64,000 bases of DNA from Marsupella aquatica (GCA_973895155.1 OZ316893.1:2254420-2318419), one strand, 5' to 3'. Shown: positions 38,644-51,500, counted from the first letter of the stretch. Made by a program: numbers and translations. Notes: generated from the letters alone by a model not told the origin.

Positions 38644-40336
38644 CTCCAGAAAGTTAACGTAAGAATTTGTTTCCAGTCGTAGTTGACGTTTACAGACGCA
38701 TTGAAGTGGTCTAGAGTAATGCAATTGCTGCATTATATGGATGAAGCTTCCGCCGTGGAAACGACAGGAATAGATCCCCTAGTCGAAAAGGTGCCCTTCC
38801 CATGCTGGAACTCTGATGCACCTGTATGTATTCTGAGCACTATGAAACTTTGATGCACCTCTGAGGGTTTCAAGAGGCGAAGGACAGGTGCTAGGCTTAT
38901 TATTGACCTAGACAATTATTACAATGATTCAAATGGCACAGTGATGAAATTCTGCGTCGCATGATTCTGTTCTGTACATGAGTATAGAATTCAATCGTGC
39001 TTGACCCCAAAGACTGCGACGATGGGCTGTGGCGATAATCGGCAAAGGTCACGAAGTTTTCTCATCTTCAGTGGTTGAGTCACCACGAGTAAAGATGTGA
39101 GAATTATTTTCAATACGAATCCGTTATCCTGGAAAATTGCATTGTGATCCCCTCAACTGGAATTTGTTTGTGAACGGGGCTCTGAGGGCTTTCTATGGAT
39201 CTGTATCCTGAATGCGTTGGTAATTTTCAATAGTTATATCTTTAAGTGATCAAGTTACTCATCAATCCGTACGAGGTTCTGAAGACTTGACTGCGTACAA
39301 GAGGAATTCTTGTATTGTTTAAATGTTTTCCTATAACCGCTTAGTGAACAAACGAATCGATATTGGGGAATAGAAAAGGAGACTATTCTTTGGGTAGGAA
39401 TATATTTGACAGCTTACTGACTTGCCTCTGATACACCAGCAAAACATTTTGGATTTGCGGTTCAAGAGACCACCAAAACCCTTCAATGATCTGGAAGAAT
39501 TATGTGTGGCCCCTAAGAATGAAGCAAAACACAACATGCAACACCCACGACAATGGAGACTGAACAGTTGTGAGAAATTAATTCATGGTTGCAGTCGCGA
39601 AAAACCTCCAGCTCTACACAACTTGACCGCAAGCTGGGTTAGGCGGTCTACATTTTCTTGAAAAGTCCCGCCAGAGTTTCCGGCTCAGGACAAAGTGTCA
39701 GTGGCTCACAACTGCAGCACACTGTATAAAGAGTAGAATATGTTTTCCTCGGTGGGTACATTTACAGATTACGGAAAACTTACTCGGACTTCTTCTACAG
39801 TTTCAAATTTCTTTCTCCTCCACAGGAAAGGAGGTAAAACTGCTATAGTGCGTACAAATCTAGTAAGACAAATTGATCCTTATGCTCTCTTTTAGAGAGA
39901 ATGCTTACTGCAAACAGTGAGCTCAGTGAAGCTGTCAAAAATCACCGTCCATTACATCTTTGGAGGCCAATCGAGAGAACGCACACAATTCAGTGCTACA
40001 ATTATAAGAAAGGTTAAGGCAAGTCTGAACTATCTCGTATCATCTGTTACGAGCATGACAGATTTGGTGAATCACGCTAGACATAAGGTCCCTCTAGCCA
40101 TGATCAGGGAACAGAAGAGGAGAAAATGGAAGAGGGCAGCACACACGATGTTCGCAGTTGCCGGAAGATGACCTTCAAATAATATTCAGCTTCTGTCAAA
40201 TTGACGAGCAATTCTGCCAAATGAAATTCTGCCCTCAAAAGCGAAAGTTTAAAAGCCCATCAGATATATCGTGAAGTGCAAGCACTGTGCCAGTAGATGC
40301 TTCCAAGATCAGGATTGTTTCGAGCCCACGCAGCCC

Positions 40337-43300
40337 TCACTGCAACATGTTCAGGACCATCTTCATAGTAGGGCGGTGCCCAGGATTCTCCTGTGAACAT
40401 ATGAGAGCAACTTTCATGAAGTGCGCCACCTGCTTCTGGTTTGTATCCTTTAATCCATTGAGAGTTGGATCCAGGATATTCATAGCCTTACGAGAAAAGC
40501 AAACTTTTTCCCAAGTGGTGAGGGATAGTTCATTCTTATTCATCTCCGGGACGGGCTTCTTGCCGGTGATCAATTCCATTAGAAGGATACCAAAACTGTA
40601 CACGTCTCCTTTCGGAGAAACTGTGGGGGAGGTGACGTATTCTGCAAAGACAATGAACAGGGACGGCATATCAGAATGGTAGCTGGATCAGTGCTCTCTC
40701 AACTCTACCATTCTAAGTGTCATCGTTGGTGAGAAATACTGGGCTATCCTCTCCACCTTTGCGCACCAAAAATTAAGAAATCAATCAAGCAAGGAGGTAG
40801 AAAATCGACAACGTACCGGGAGGCAAGTAGCTGAGGGAGCTACCCACGGATGAGTTGGTCATGTCCATCAGCTTGTGGGCGAAGATTAGCCTCTTGAGTC
40901 CGAAGTCTTCCAGGTGAGGATTGAGCTCGTGATCAAGCAAAATGTTGGAAGGCTTTAGATCACAATGCACAATAGGTGTGCCGCAATCATGATGCAAGTA
41001 AGTCAAACCTTTGGCGATACCTCTGGCCACTTTAGCACGAGTTGGCCAATCCAGATCACACGCTGGTCCTTTATAAAGATGCTTTTCCAAGCTGCCATTG
41101 GACATGAATTGGACCACTATGGCGCTTATCTCTCTGTCAAAACAATAGCCCAAGATAGCAACCAAATTCCGGTGCCTCAATCTCCCCAGCTCGTTCAGCT
41201 CTTGGAGAAACTCGGAAGTGATTAAATTGCCACTAGGTATCTTGAGCTTCTTCACAGACACGAGGACTAAGTCCGGAAGAACACCTCTGTATACCTTGCT
41301 CAGACTGCCTGTACCAAGAACGTTGACGTCCAAAAAGTTCTCCGTTGCAAGCTTTAGGTCTTGAACTGTAAACCGCAGCTGTGGGTAGAAAACTTCACTT
41401 CTTGCTATGATACTTCCGTCCTTGTCAGGAATTGGCCGCAAATGTCCCAACCGCCACCAGATGAAAACAGCCGCTACAACTACAGCAATAACACCAAAGC
41501 CACCAGCAGCTACGCCCATTATGGCTGCGGCTGACATTTTCTTAATGGATTTGTTGCCAGGGGGTGGAGCGAGTCCAGAGCCATTGCCACTACCGCTGCA
41601 AAGTAGGTTCAAAATTGGTCCACACAGACCTGGATTCCCCAAAAATGACGACGCAGGAAAGCCTTGGAAAGCACCGGCTTGTGGCACGGGCCCTGTCAAG
41701 GCATTATCCGAGACATTGAGGAGAACAAGCTTTGACAGATATGCGAGAGACGATGGAATCTGTCCAGATAAGTTGTTGGCCCTGAGATCCAGCTGGGCAA
41801 GTTGCTGGAGGGACCCTACAGCAGCTGCTGGTATAGAACCAGTGAGACCATTGTGAGAGAGATTCAACACCTCCAAAGACGAGAGCTTGCCTACAGTCAA
41901 CGGAATCGGACCCGTTAACGTGTTCTCCGCCAGACTGAGACTCGCCAAACTTACGCAGTTGCCAATCTCATCAGGGATTCTGTCCGAGAAGATATTTCCA
42001 GATAAATCGATCGTCTGCACCATCGTCAGCAGCCCTAACTCCTTTGGCAGAGGGCCGCTCACGCGATTGCCTGAAATGTCCAAATGTTGCAACCCAGTAA
42101 GACTGTTGAAGCTCGGCGGTAAAGTTTCAGAAAACTTGTTTCCTTGAAGATACAACACGCTGAGTGACTGAAAATTCCCCCAAATGTCGGGAATGCTGCC
42201 ATTCAATCTGTTGTGCTCGAGAGTCAAAGTTGTGAGATTAATGAACTGAGAGAGTTGGCGTGGAATTAGACCCCAGAACTGGTTTCTTCCGAGTGACAGG
42301 AGCTGGACCTGGATTAGAGTTCCAAGCACTGGAGGAATCTCCCCGGAAAGTTGATTATTTTCCAAATTCAGATACTGAAGGCTGGTGAGACCACCCAGAT
42401 CTGGCAGAAGGCCCCCCAATGCGTTCCCCGAAAGATTAAGACTCCTCAGGTTGTCTAGCTTCCCGATGTCCTTGGGGATAGACCCATTGAAGCTATTGTC
42501 CCCCAAATTCAGAGACCGTAGGCTAACGAGACTTCCCAGTGCTGGCAGACCTCCCTCCAACGAGTTGGCAGAAAGATTAAGACTGACAAGGTGTATCAGT
42601 AGCCCAATATCCGTCGGAATGACTCCAGTGAGAGCATTATTGGAAAGATCCAGAACGACGAGGTTACCACACTTGGTCAGGGAGCCTGGAATCGAGCCAT
42701 TCAGCTGGTTTCTATCCAGGGAAAGATTCTGCAGCTTGATAAAAGTGCCCAAAGCCGGAATGGGCCCGGTAAGGCTGTTCTGTGAGAGGTTAATCTCTGT
42801 GAGCTGAACGCAGCTCTTGAGAGCGGGCGGAATCGTGCCTGTCAGTTGATTTTGCTGCAATCGAAGTTGTTGTAGTTGGATGAGGTGGCTGAATTCCAGT
42901 GGTATTGAACCGTTCAGCTGATTCCCTGACAAATCAATCTCAAACAGGCCCTGGCTTTCACCCAGTGCTGTAGGGATATTACCATCGAGCTTGTTGTTGA
43001 ACAGAAGGAGGGATCTTAACTGCCGGACCCTGCCCAAAAGAGATGGAATCGATCCTTCAAAACTGTTCCCGTAGACATGCAACTCCGTGAGGTTGGAAAT
43101 ATTAGATAGCCAATCTGGAAGAATTCCAGATAATTTATTGTTTTCTAAGTAAATACCCTCCAGGGCCTTGAGATTCTTATACTCGTCTGGTATGCTTCCG
43201 TTGAACCCGTTCGACCCCAAGCTCATATTCACGAGAGCGGTACAACTGCTAAGAGATGGAGGGAGAGCATCTACCATTCCATTCTGAGATAAAATCAGCT

Positions 43301-44327
43301 CTCGCAAATTGGGCAGCGATCCCAACTCTGCAGGGATGCCTCCGTTCAAATTATTTCGAGCTAAATTGATCGACGTGAGTTGTCTGCACTGACCCAGAGT
43401 TGCAGGGACCGATCCCGAAAGTCTGTTTCTCATGAGGTTTAATGACAGTAAACTCGATGAATTGATGCCAAAGGCAGGAATGGTGCCATTCAGTCGATTG
43501 AAGCGAAGATCAACACTTTGGAGGGAGGGAATGTTGGCCAGTTCTGCAGGGATCCTTCCGGAAAGGCGGTTGTAGGAGAGGTTGAGAGCGGTGATAAACT
43601 GCAGGCCGGTGAGGTTAGGGGAAATGGAACCTTGAATCTTGCTCCCTGCGAGATTGATAGACACTACATGCTGCACTTGCGAAAAATTGCGACACTTCAC
43701 GCCTCTCCATTTGCAGAAATTAGGCTCAACAGAGAGGCTCCAGTTTGCAAGTACTTGTTTTGGCCCATCAATCAGACTCGAGCTCCAATTTAACAAGACT
43801 TCACCTTCTGGGTTGACATGTGGTGCCCCCGCAGCTTTAACTGCCCACAACGCTCTAAAAGCAGCTCCTCCAGGTACTGGTGTTCCGCATTGCTGGCCCC
43901 TAATGAACTTGACGTCCTCTTCGTCTGACTTCAATTGCCTTCGTTCACCCCCTTCTGCTCTTGTGGACTTGAAAACAAAATGCTCCTGAACTTCATCCAT
44001 TACTGTCAACTGCTCCTCCTCCTCCTCCTCCTCTTCGTCTTGCGTAGCCGGCCAGACATCCACAACCTCATCTCGTCTTCTATTCTGCCTGCCAGATTGT
44101 TCATTAGTATCCAAGCTCCCGCTCTTATGCTCTCTAGATGTCCACTCCGTGAGAAACCTTTCCACAACTCGTCCGGTGGCACCGTCCACAAGTGGTACAC
44201 TATTTCTTGGGAATGCAGCGTCAGCACAACAGAAGCTGAGGATAATCAGAAGTGTGGCCCCTAATATAAAGAGATGATGAATCGCCATGTTGTGACACCT
44301 TGCCATCCCAGGCACCTGGTCGACCAT
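40337..44327 (-). CDS. LRR receptor-like Ser/Thr kinase, non-RD, FLS2/LRR-XII-like
   Basis: Exons 44327-40817 and 40641-40337 (intron at YLPP-E-Y). Signal peptide, LRRNT (NW...CKWRGVKC), about 27-28 plant LRRs (LxLxxNxLxGxIP), GNPGLCG cap, a transmembrane helix, and kinase motifs GTGSLSKVYRG, VSVKKL, HRNLV, HCDLKPSNILLD, DFGL, KGDVYSFG. The start may instead be a downstream ATG (44306 or 44288). Confidence 0.95.
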
Positions 44328-44354
44328 GATGTTGCCGTTGTGGATCCCACAGTT

Positions 44355-44423
44355 CTACATTTGCTTCTGTTGCAACTCCTCCTGTTCCTCCAGCTCCAGC
44401 TCCTGCTGCTGCTTCTGCCCCAT
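44355..44423 (-). promoter_or_regulatory. Candidate upstream ORF (22 aa) in the receptor kinase leader
   Basis: ATG 44423 to TAG 44355 encodes MGQKQQQELELEEQEELQQKQM*, in the same frame as the main ORF and ending 27 nt before it. Inclusion in the transcript is not shown. Confidence 0.4.
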
Positions 44424-45734
44424 GAGATCAGTAGATGCTCACCGAGCCGTGCAAGCTATTATGGACTACAATAAACAAAACAAAACAACCAGGCTGCCTA
44501 TCCTGTCCTATCCTATCCTAAGCCGGCTTTGACAAGTAATCGAAGCTAGAGAGCAGAGGTGGCCAATCTTGTCAATTGTTCCACAGAGATGGGTTGTTGG
44601 CCAGAGAAGCTTGCTCCAGTTGATCTCCACAAGTAAGCTGCAAGAAATTCATCATTAGGAAACTAGTAAGGATCGGTGAGTCCATTTGGTTTGAATGCAC
44701 TCCGAAGAATCACTTCCCATCCTTCCGAAGTAATGGTGCGATGGTGGACACAAGCAAGTATGACAACAGGGGAACAAACAATCGGCTTCACAGAACTTAC
44801 TTCGGTTGTAAAGCTTTCTGAACCTCCTCTGTGCGTCCGTATGCGAATCACAATCTCTGTGAGCAAAGCAAATAGGCGAGGCTTCTTCTTCCTTTGGCCA
44901 CTTGAAGACGCAGAGGAGCCGGCGAGTTCTATCGTGCAATTCTCGGTTGAGATAGAACGTACGCGGTTCCGACAAGACATGTAGGACGAACCCATCGATA
45001 TCAAAGTAGTAAACGATGACGGGCATCGGAAGGGAACGAGCCTCGTCTACTCCGAGGAGCTGACAGTATCGCCATTTTTTTCCGGATCCTGCCAACAATC
45101 TGGGCACTGACGTGGGTCAAATACAGGACACCTGGATTCGCTGATGGAGACGACCAAATTGTTTTTCAGAACCTGCCATCTATCAGGGCACTGACTTGGG
45201 TCAAATACAATACACCTGGATTCGCTGAGAGGGAAGGTATGAAGCAAAGCATCCGCTTAGAGCATTGGGAATCGCGTGGAGCGCTTTGTGAATCCTTGCT
45301 GCAGTTCCTATCCATACTTTACTATTCTCATGGAGGTACATTTTCCATTTTCCTTGATTGCTTTCATTGACCTGGTCTGAGCTCTGTCTTGTTGCACCTC
45401 CTGGCAGTTCTTTAGTTTATTGATTGAGGTACGTGTTCCTTAACTTCATTGACCTGGTCTGCGCTCCGTCAGGGAGGTGGGTCTGCGCATTGTCAGGAAG
45501 GTACCGAAAGTCGTCGCATCTTCGTGGGCAAACGGGCAACGCCCAGAGGGTTGGCTTGTGCAATCGACTGCTGGAATTCTGCTTCAGGGTATGGGGATCT
45601 GATTGAGATGACTGTGTCCAATCCATCTTCCTCGGTGTGGATCTCCTCTACTGCTGCCTCTCTGTTCTTTGCCGCTATTCTAAAATCTCTTTCCGAGTTC
45701 CAATGTCCAGCTGGAAGCGTGTGGGGCGGACCTA

Positions 45735-47015
45735 TGTTGCCTCAATTTCAGCCAGAAGAAAACAGCAGGCAACGAAGTGGAGAGGAGTCATTACTCTTCA
45801 ACGTAAATTCGTGGGTGGGGATATTTCCAATCAAACCTTTCGATTGCTTCATTTGCAGCAAAGTAAAACAGCATACAGCAGTATGCGTTTTTGATGCTAG
45901 AAGTAATTTCGTGGGCGGGGAAGTTTCCAATCAAACCTTTTCGCTGCTTCAATTTCAGCCAAAAGAAAACAGCAGGCAACGGCATCTGTGGGAGGAGCTC
46001 TTGAATGTAATCTCGTGGGTGGAGAAATTTCCAATCAGACTTCCTGTTGCTTCATTTTCAGCCAGAAAAACAGCATGCAACGGTCTGGGGAGGGAGTTTT
46101 CTCTGCTGAATGCAATTTCGTGGGTGGAGAAAATTTCCAATCAGACCTTTGGTTGCCTCATTTTCAGCCAAAATAACAGCATACAAAGGTACCTCCAAAA
46201 TAACAGCATGAGTTCGCGGAGAAGTTTTTACTCTTCAAAGTAATTCGTCGGTGGGGAAATTTCCAATCAGGCGTTTCGTTGCCTCATTTTCAGCCAACAA
46301 AACAGCATGGGAGGATATATTACTCTGGAACGTCATTCGTGCTTCATTTTCAGTCAACGAAACAGTATGGCAAGAGTTATTACTCTGGAACGTAATTCGA
46401 GGGTGGGGAAATTTCCAATCAGGGCATTTTGTTGCCTCATTTTCAGCCAACAAAACAGAACAGAAGGGTATGGCAGAAGTTATTATTCTTAATTGAACGT
46501 GATTCGTGCGTGTGGGCATTTCAATCAGGGCCTTTTGTTGCCTCATTTTCAGCCAACAGAACAGGATAGAAAAGTATGACAGGAGTTATTATTGAGAGAT
46601 ATGCTTAGTAGACCCCTTATAGAAAAAGTTTGTTTAATCAATCCTCTCAATACTTTTTCTTAACTGGACTGAAACTTTCCATCTTAGATCTGGATATAGA
46701 TCTAGATAGTTGGTAGACCTCAGAGAATTAATCTAATAACAATTTCATTTTAGAGGTAGGTCAAGCAAATATCTCATTATTATTCTTAAACTTAATTAGT
46801 GGGTGGGGAAATTTCCAACAAGGGCCTTTTGTTGCCTCATTTCCAGCCAACAAAACAGCCGCAATGGGAGAAGTTTTGACTCTATTTAATCTTAATTTTG
46901 TGCGTGACGAAATTACCAATCAGGCTTTTTGCTGCTTCATGTTCAGCCAACAACAATGGCATCGGGAGAAGTGTTTACTCTTGAAATTAATTTCGTAGCT
47001 GGCCAAATTTTCAAT
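45735..47015. repeat. Tandem array of about 11 units of about 100 bp
   Basis: Core GTTGCCTCATTTTCAGCCAACAAAACAGCA near 45737, 45845, 45943, 46046, 46152, 46278, 46340, 46431, 46537, 46831 and 46931; most units carry TTCGTGGGTGGGGAAATTTCCAATCAG. Confidence 0.92.
46594..46776. mobile_element. Small Mutator-like MITE inserted into the 100-bp array
   Basis: GAGAGATATGCTT on the left and AAGCAAATATCTC on the right, flanked by duplicated TTATTATT (46586-46593, 46777-46784). The neighbouring unit shows the empty site GTTATTATTCTTAA. Confidence 0.7.
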
Positions 47016-47375
47016 GAGAGAATTCAGAATCCTGAGCTTTGAGACCCAGAAAATCGAGGGAAATGAATGCAGCGAGATTTAGTACCTGATGCGGGTCAGG
47101 GGGTTTGAACAACCATATATTGTGCACTTAACTATGCTTTGCACTTCGTCATAACTGCAAAACCTTGAAATTTACATTTATTGATCTATCATCATCTGTG
47201 GATTGTTGACTGAAAAAGGGCCCATTTCATTAGAGGCATTCTAATCAATAAATTGCCCTCGTTCAGTCAACATTCTAGTGACTTACTCCAAAAGTGTACA
47301 TGATCCCTTATCTCATAAATACAATTTCACTCTAAATAAAACTGACATGCATTTATCAACAAGTGTGAGTCAAAG

Positions 47376-47777
47376 AATGCCCATGGGTGTTCATAGACAT
47401 GTATAGAAGTTTTCGCTCATAATGCCCATAGGTGTTCAGAGACACGTATAGAAGTTTTCGCTCATACATACATTTGTCATATAGCATGCTCATCCTGGAA
47501 CATGTTTTACTTTTTGTCTTGTAGTGATATTAAGTGGACAAAATTAAAGAGTAAGACTAGAATACATATTAAATATGAATGAAATCAAATAATATAAATA
47601 AAGTACATGCAATAAAAGCACATAGTGACCAATGCAAAGTACAATTTTATTACACAAAGTTGCTACTAGTTGTGCACAATGAAATCAAATAATATAAATA
47701 AAGCACATGCAATAAAAGCACATAGTGACCAATGTAAAGTACAATTTTATTACACAAAGATCCTACGAGTTGTGCAC
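47376..47777. repeat. Two recent tandem duplications (45 bp x2 at 47376-47465; 100 bp x2 at 47578-47777)
   Basis: AATGCCCAT.GGTGTTCA.AGACA.GTATAGAAGTTTTCGCTCAT twice; AATGAAATCAAATAATATAAATAAAG...GTTGTGCAC twice. Confidence 0.9.
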
Positions 47778-48755
47778 GTATATCAGTGTGTCTTATTAAT
47801 GACTTTTATTCAATAAAAACCATAAACTTAGGAAAGAAAATCACAAGGGGAGCTTAAGACAGGATGTGCTGACATTTCTTAGAATCATTCCTCTCACTCA
47901 TGAGTATACTTAAAAGCGGTAGAAAATGAAACCCTTAGTTTCTCTCTAGGACTTAACAAAGTATACAAATTATACAAATTAAGGGGGCTGCCAAAATAAA
48001 TTCAAAACACTATAGAATACCAAAAATTTAAAGGGGTCCAAAAATGAATTAAAAGTCTATGTGATACAAAGGATGCCCCTTGTTAAGGTACATTCAAATA
48101 AAAATTCATGATACACAAATTCATGATACACAAATATGAATAAGACACAACATGAGAGTTGGATTCACCATATAGTAGCTTCAAATTGTCATAATTGAGT
48201 TGCACTACATGCAAAAAAGTGCAAACTGGTAGGACTAAAAGGCAAGAACAGGAAGCCGTGCAATTCTCCAGAGGTTGTAATGGTAAAGTGTGCACTTAGC
48301 CAGAGCTGACTGATCAGTACATTTATAGTCCACCGACGTCAAGTTGCCATGAAGATTAGCTCAACAGGACACGACAAACTGTAGGTCCTGAAATTCAACG
48401 TACTTGACATAATTATTGGGACTGTTTGCTGAGTTTGGCCAGTCCAACTGTCCAACTCTCACCATCCAATTTTGGGTTTCTTTTATAGCTGAAAATGTGC
48501 CAAATCCTGGTCTCAATTTCCATTTTTAACGGTTTCTCTATTTTTTGGGGCCCGTGTGGCAAACGTCATCTTCTGTAAAGGAGAAGATTTTCTCTTGCCT
48601 TTGGGATTGTTTTTTTTATTTACACTAACATTTATAAATCAGGAAAAAATAAAGTAAGAGGAAGAAAAAGAGGTCCAAAGAGGACAAACACCAAACACAA
48701 TACAACCCTACGAAAAGAAAAAACGAGAAAGGGAAAAGTAACTAAAATTACACTA

Positions 48756-49690
48756 TGGTCTTCCCCCTAACACAAGGCCCAGGTGCTCTGTTCAAATTTG
48801 AAGTCAATGTTTTCATTTTTTTTGTATTTGTGGTGCTGTGCTCAAAATGTGGCATTGTGCTCAAAATGTGACGTTGTATTCAATTCAAAGTAATGTGCTT
48901 GAATTTTGGCATTGTGAGATGCATGTAGGGTGTAAGTACTGATGATAGGCATAGAAGTTATGTGTATTAGAGAGAAGTGTCTTCAAGTTTAAGTTTTTTT
49001 ACTTCCCCACAATATTTGCTCAATCAATGGATGTGTAGCTAAATAATTTGAACCACTGAAATTACAAAAGGGGAGAAATCAAATTTGCAATAGAAAACAA
49101 AACCTGACAAACCATACATACCAAGTGTATTATTATCATTTAAAGTAAAATATGTTCGTCCACTTTTCACAGTTGTTTGGTGTACTATGGCCAATTTGCT
49201 CGTTTCTATTATTTAATCTTTCTTCATGCATTTTGGAATGTTCGTGAGACAGCTTTGTTTCTATTGGAGTGCCTCGATCTTGAGGGCAGTGGAAAATTGG
49301 AAATAGAGAAAGTGACTTGTCAGAGCTAATTATGCACAAAGGGTTTAGGGTATATGAGACGCCGTGGCGTTAGTCAGAGGTTGAACAAGATATCAATACT
49401 TCTGGATTGCTGCTTAACATTTTGGAAACAGCTCACACTTCTCCGAGAACGAATGATTTTGAAATTAGCTTACATTTCTCAAAGGATGATGGATTTCATA
49501 AGTTGAAAGAGCCAATGTGTCGGACGATTTTAAGTAACGTATTGTAGTTTCAACCCGGTTACTTTTCTCCTATAGTCATTTGTGCAGATCTTTGAAGACA
49601 CTTGTGTTAATATGACACTATGTTTGAGTGAAAATGTCTTTCTTGGCTAAAGTCCTTGTTTTGACCATATTTGAACATAACACCCAGGCC
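48756..49690. mobile_element. Decayed second copy of the mariner/pogo-type MITE family, opposite orientation to 12291-13082
   Basis: TA|TGGTCTTCCCCCTAACACAAGGCCCAGGTGCT resembles the reverse complement of 13045-13082. CACTGAAATTACA.AAGGG matches the reverse complement of about 12787-12805. The right end is uncertain. Confidence 0.6.
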
Positions 49691-49949
49691 TAAAGTACAC
49701 ATTGGAAAATGTGGCATACTAAGAGTTAATGGTTCACATCCAATGTCTTAACTAAGTCAACAAGTGGGACAGGAATGTCCACTTGGGGGCCAAGCATGGA
49801 GGGAGGCATAATAGCACCCACTCTGAGGGATCTGTGTGAGAAGATGCTAGGAATAGATTTTATTTAATTTCTCTAAAATAATTTCTGATCCTCATGTCTT
49901 GCTAGACTTGAGTATCACCTTTTAGATCTTAGCTGACGGTGTCTATGGA

Positions 49950-50181
49950 CAGGTGGTAAACTGGCCACTGGATTGCAGAAAATTCTAGCCAATTTTTTCA
50001 AAATGTGGCAAATAATTTTTAGAGGCCTGGGGTGGATCTAGAGAATTTCTGCCAGTAAAAAAATGTTCAATTCTTGAGTACAGATTTTATAAACAAGAAT
50101 TATGGAGACATTTTGAATGTTTTTCCCCAAAACCCTAGCTTCAGGGTCAGCTATTGTTCGGGGAGCCAGGTTGCCACCCTG
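49950..50181. mobile_element. Possible hAT-type MITE
   Basis: Imperfect terminal inverted repeat CAGGTGGTAAACTGGC / GCCAGGTTGCCACCCTG; no convincing TSD. Confidence 0.35.
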
Positions 50182-50724
50182 TCACCCTGGGTTTTCTCCT
50201 TATTTTCTGAATTAAGTTTTACTGGCAAAAAACTGCCAAATTCTGACCCCAACTAATCATATGTGACTTTTACAAAGAAACATATTTCTAATCTTCACCT
50301 GGTCCGGTCCTTATCAACTATAACTCTTGCTGGCCAAACAACCGACTTGAATGGGTGGGGGAGAGATTGACATCCCTCCTAAAGCACATTTCCAGAAGGT
50401 CGCCCATCTTCCTTACTGGAAAGAATGGGCTGTCCCACTACGTGCACCAGTCAAATTATTTCCTTAAAACGGCACAGATCCATTTTTCTAAAGAGGCAAA
50501 AAAAAAACCACCGCTCCAAAGCAGCTAAGACTCAATCAACTGCTGTGCCTCAATCAATCAGCACCAACCATTTTTTCTAGAATGAAAATACATGAGTCTT
50601 ACATTGAATTCCCCGTAACTTCAAAATGGTGATGCTAGTGGCCCTGACCTTTCAGACATTTGTGAGAGATCTATGGTGTCTTGGAAATTCATTTCTTCCA
50701 TGACCATGTCTCGTGGCGACACTA

Positions 50725-51500
50725 AGGGGGCCTTTACAATAACTCAAGGCCAGCTATTTCTTATGTTTGAGATGCAATCCTAGCTATTCAAATGTGTGAG
50801 CACTGAGCAGACCAGACTTCACTTTACGTGAATTTGGGAACACAATTGGTCAAAACCATTACCAAAACTGCTGGTGGACCCCAATAGTCCATTTCTAGTC
50901 AGGATCTTGCATTGATTTCGCCAGATCACATTTTGGCTCACATTATAACTTTCGTGCATGCAATGGTCCTCATGTTTTTGCAATGGGTGAATAGTGATGA
51001 TTTGTGCCCCCAAGTTTCTTCCAAAGTTTTCATGTTAAATAGTACTATGGTACCCTGTTATCCAGGATGTGCTTCAACCATCGAAAGTTATCCCTACACT
51101 AAGTATTGAACATTGCATATACTGTACTTACTGTAGTCATAATTTGGCTAACGCAAAACAAATGAATTAAAAGGAATTTGGGGCCGGCACGAAAATGTGA
51201 TGTTCCAATAAGAATGGGCAGGGAAAATCTATTTATGTCGTTGTGGCGTGATGGCCCTTGTTTAATGCACTATTTTGTGAATGGGATGGACCCATGACTG
51301 GCAGGTTAGAACATGTGCATTGAAGAGGCACTTGGCTGGTTCATGTTCATGTTAATGTTGTTGTTGTGTGGTGAGTCCCCAAGCACTACAGTTGGGGCTA
51401 GAGTAGTGACTGCAAGGGAATTTCAATGCAGCTGGAAGAGCAAAAGTAGACTTCAGGCAAGAGAACATTTGACCTCTGTGATTGTTTGTTGTCAAAAGCC
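50725..51500. mobile_element. MITE-like element (PIF/Tourist-like start TAA|GGGGGCC)
   Basis: The left part matches 31848-32010. Weak inverted similarity near 51440-51500, so the right end is uncertain. Confidence 0.4.

Noticed and set aside
40965-44264. Several 86-149-aa + strand ORFs
   Set aside because: Antisense shadows of the LRR kinase coding sequence.
45449-46243. 264-aa ORF on the + strand
   Set aside because: Non-ATG start and a translation of the 100-bp tandem array; the frame is not kept between units.
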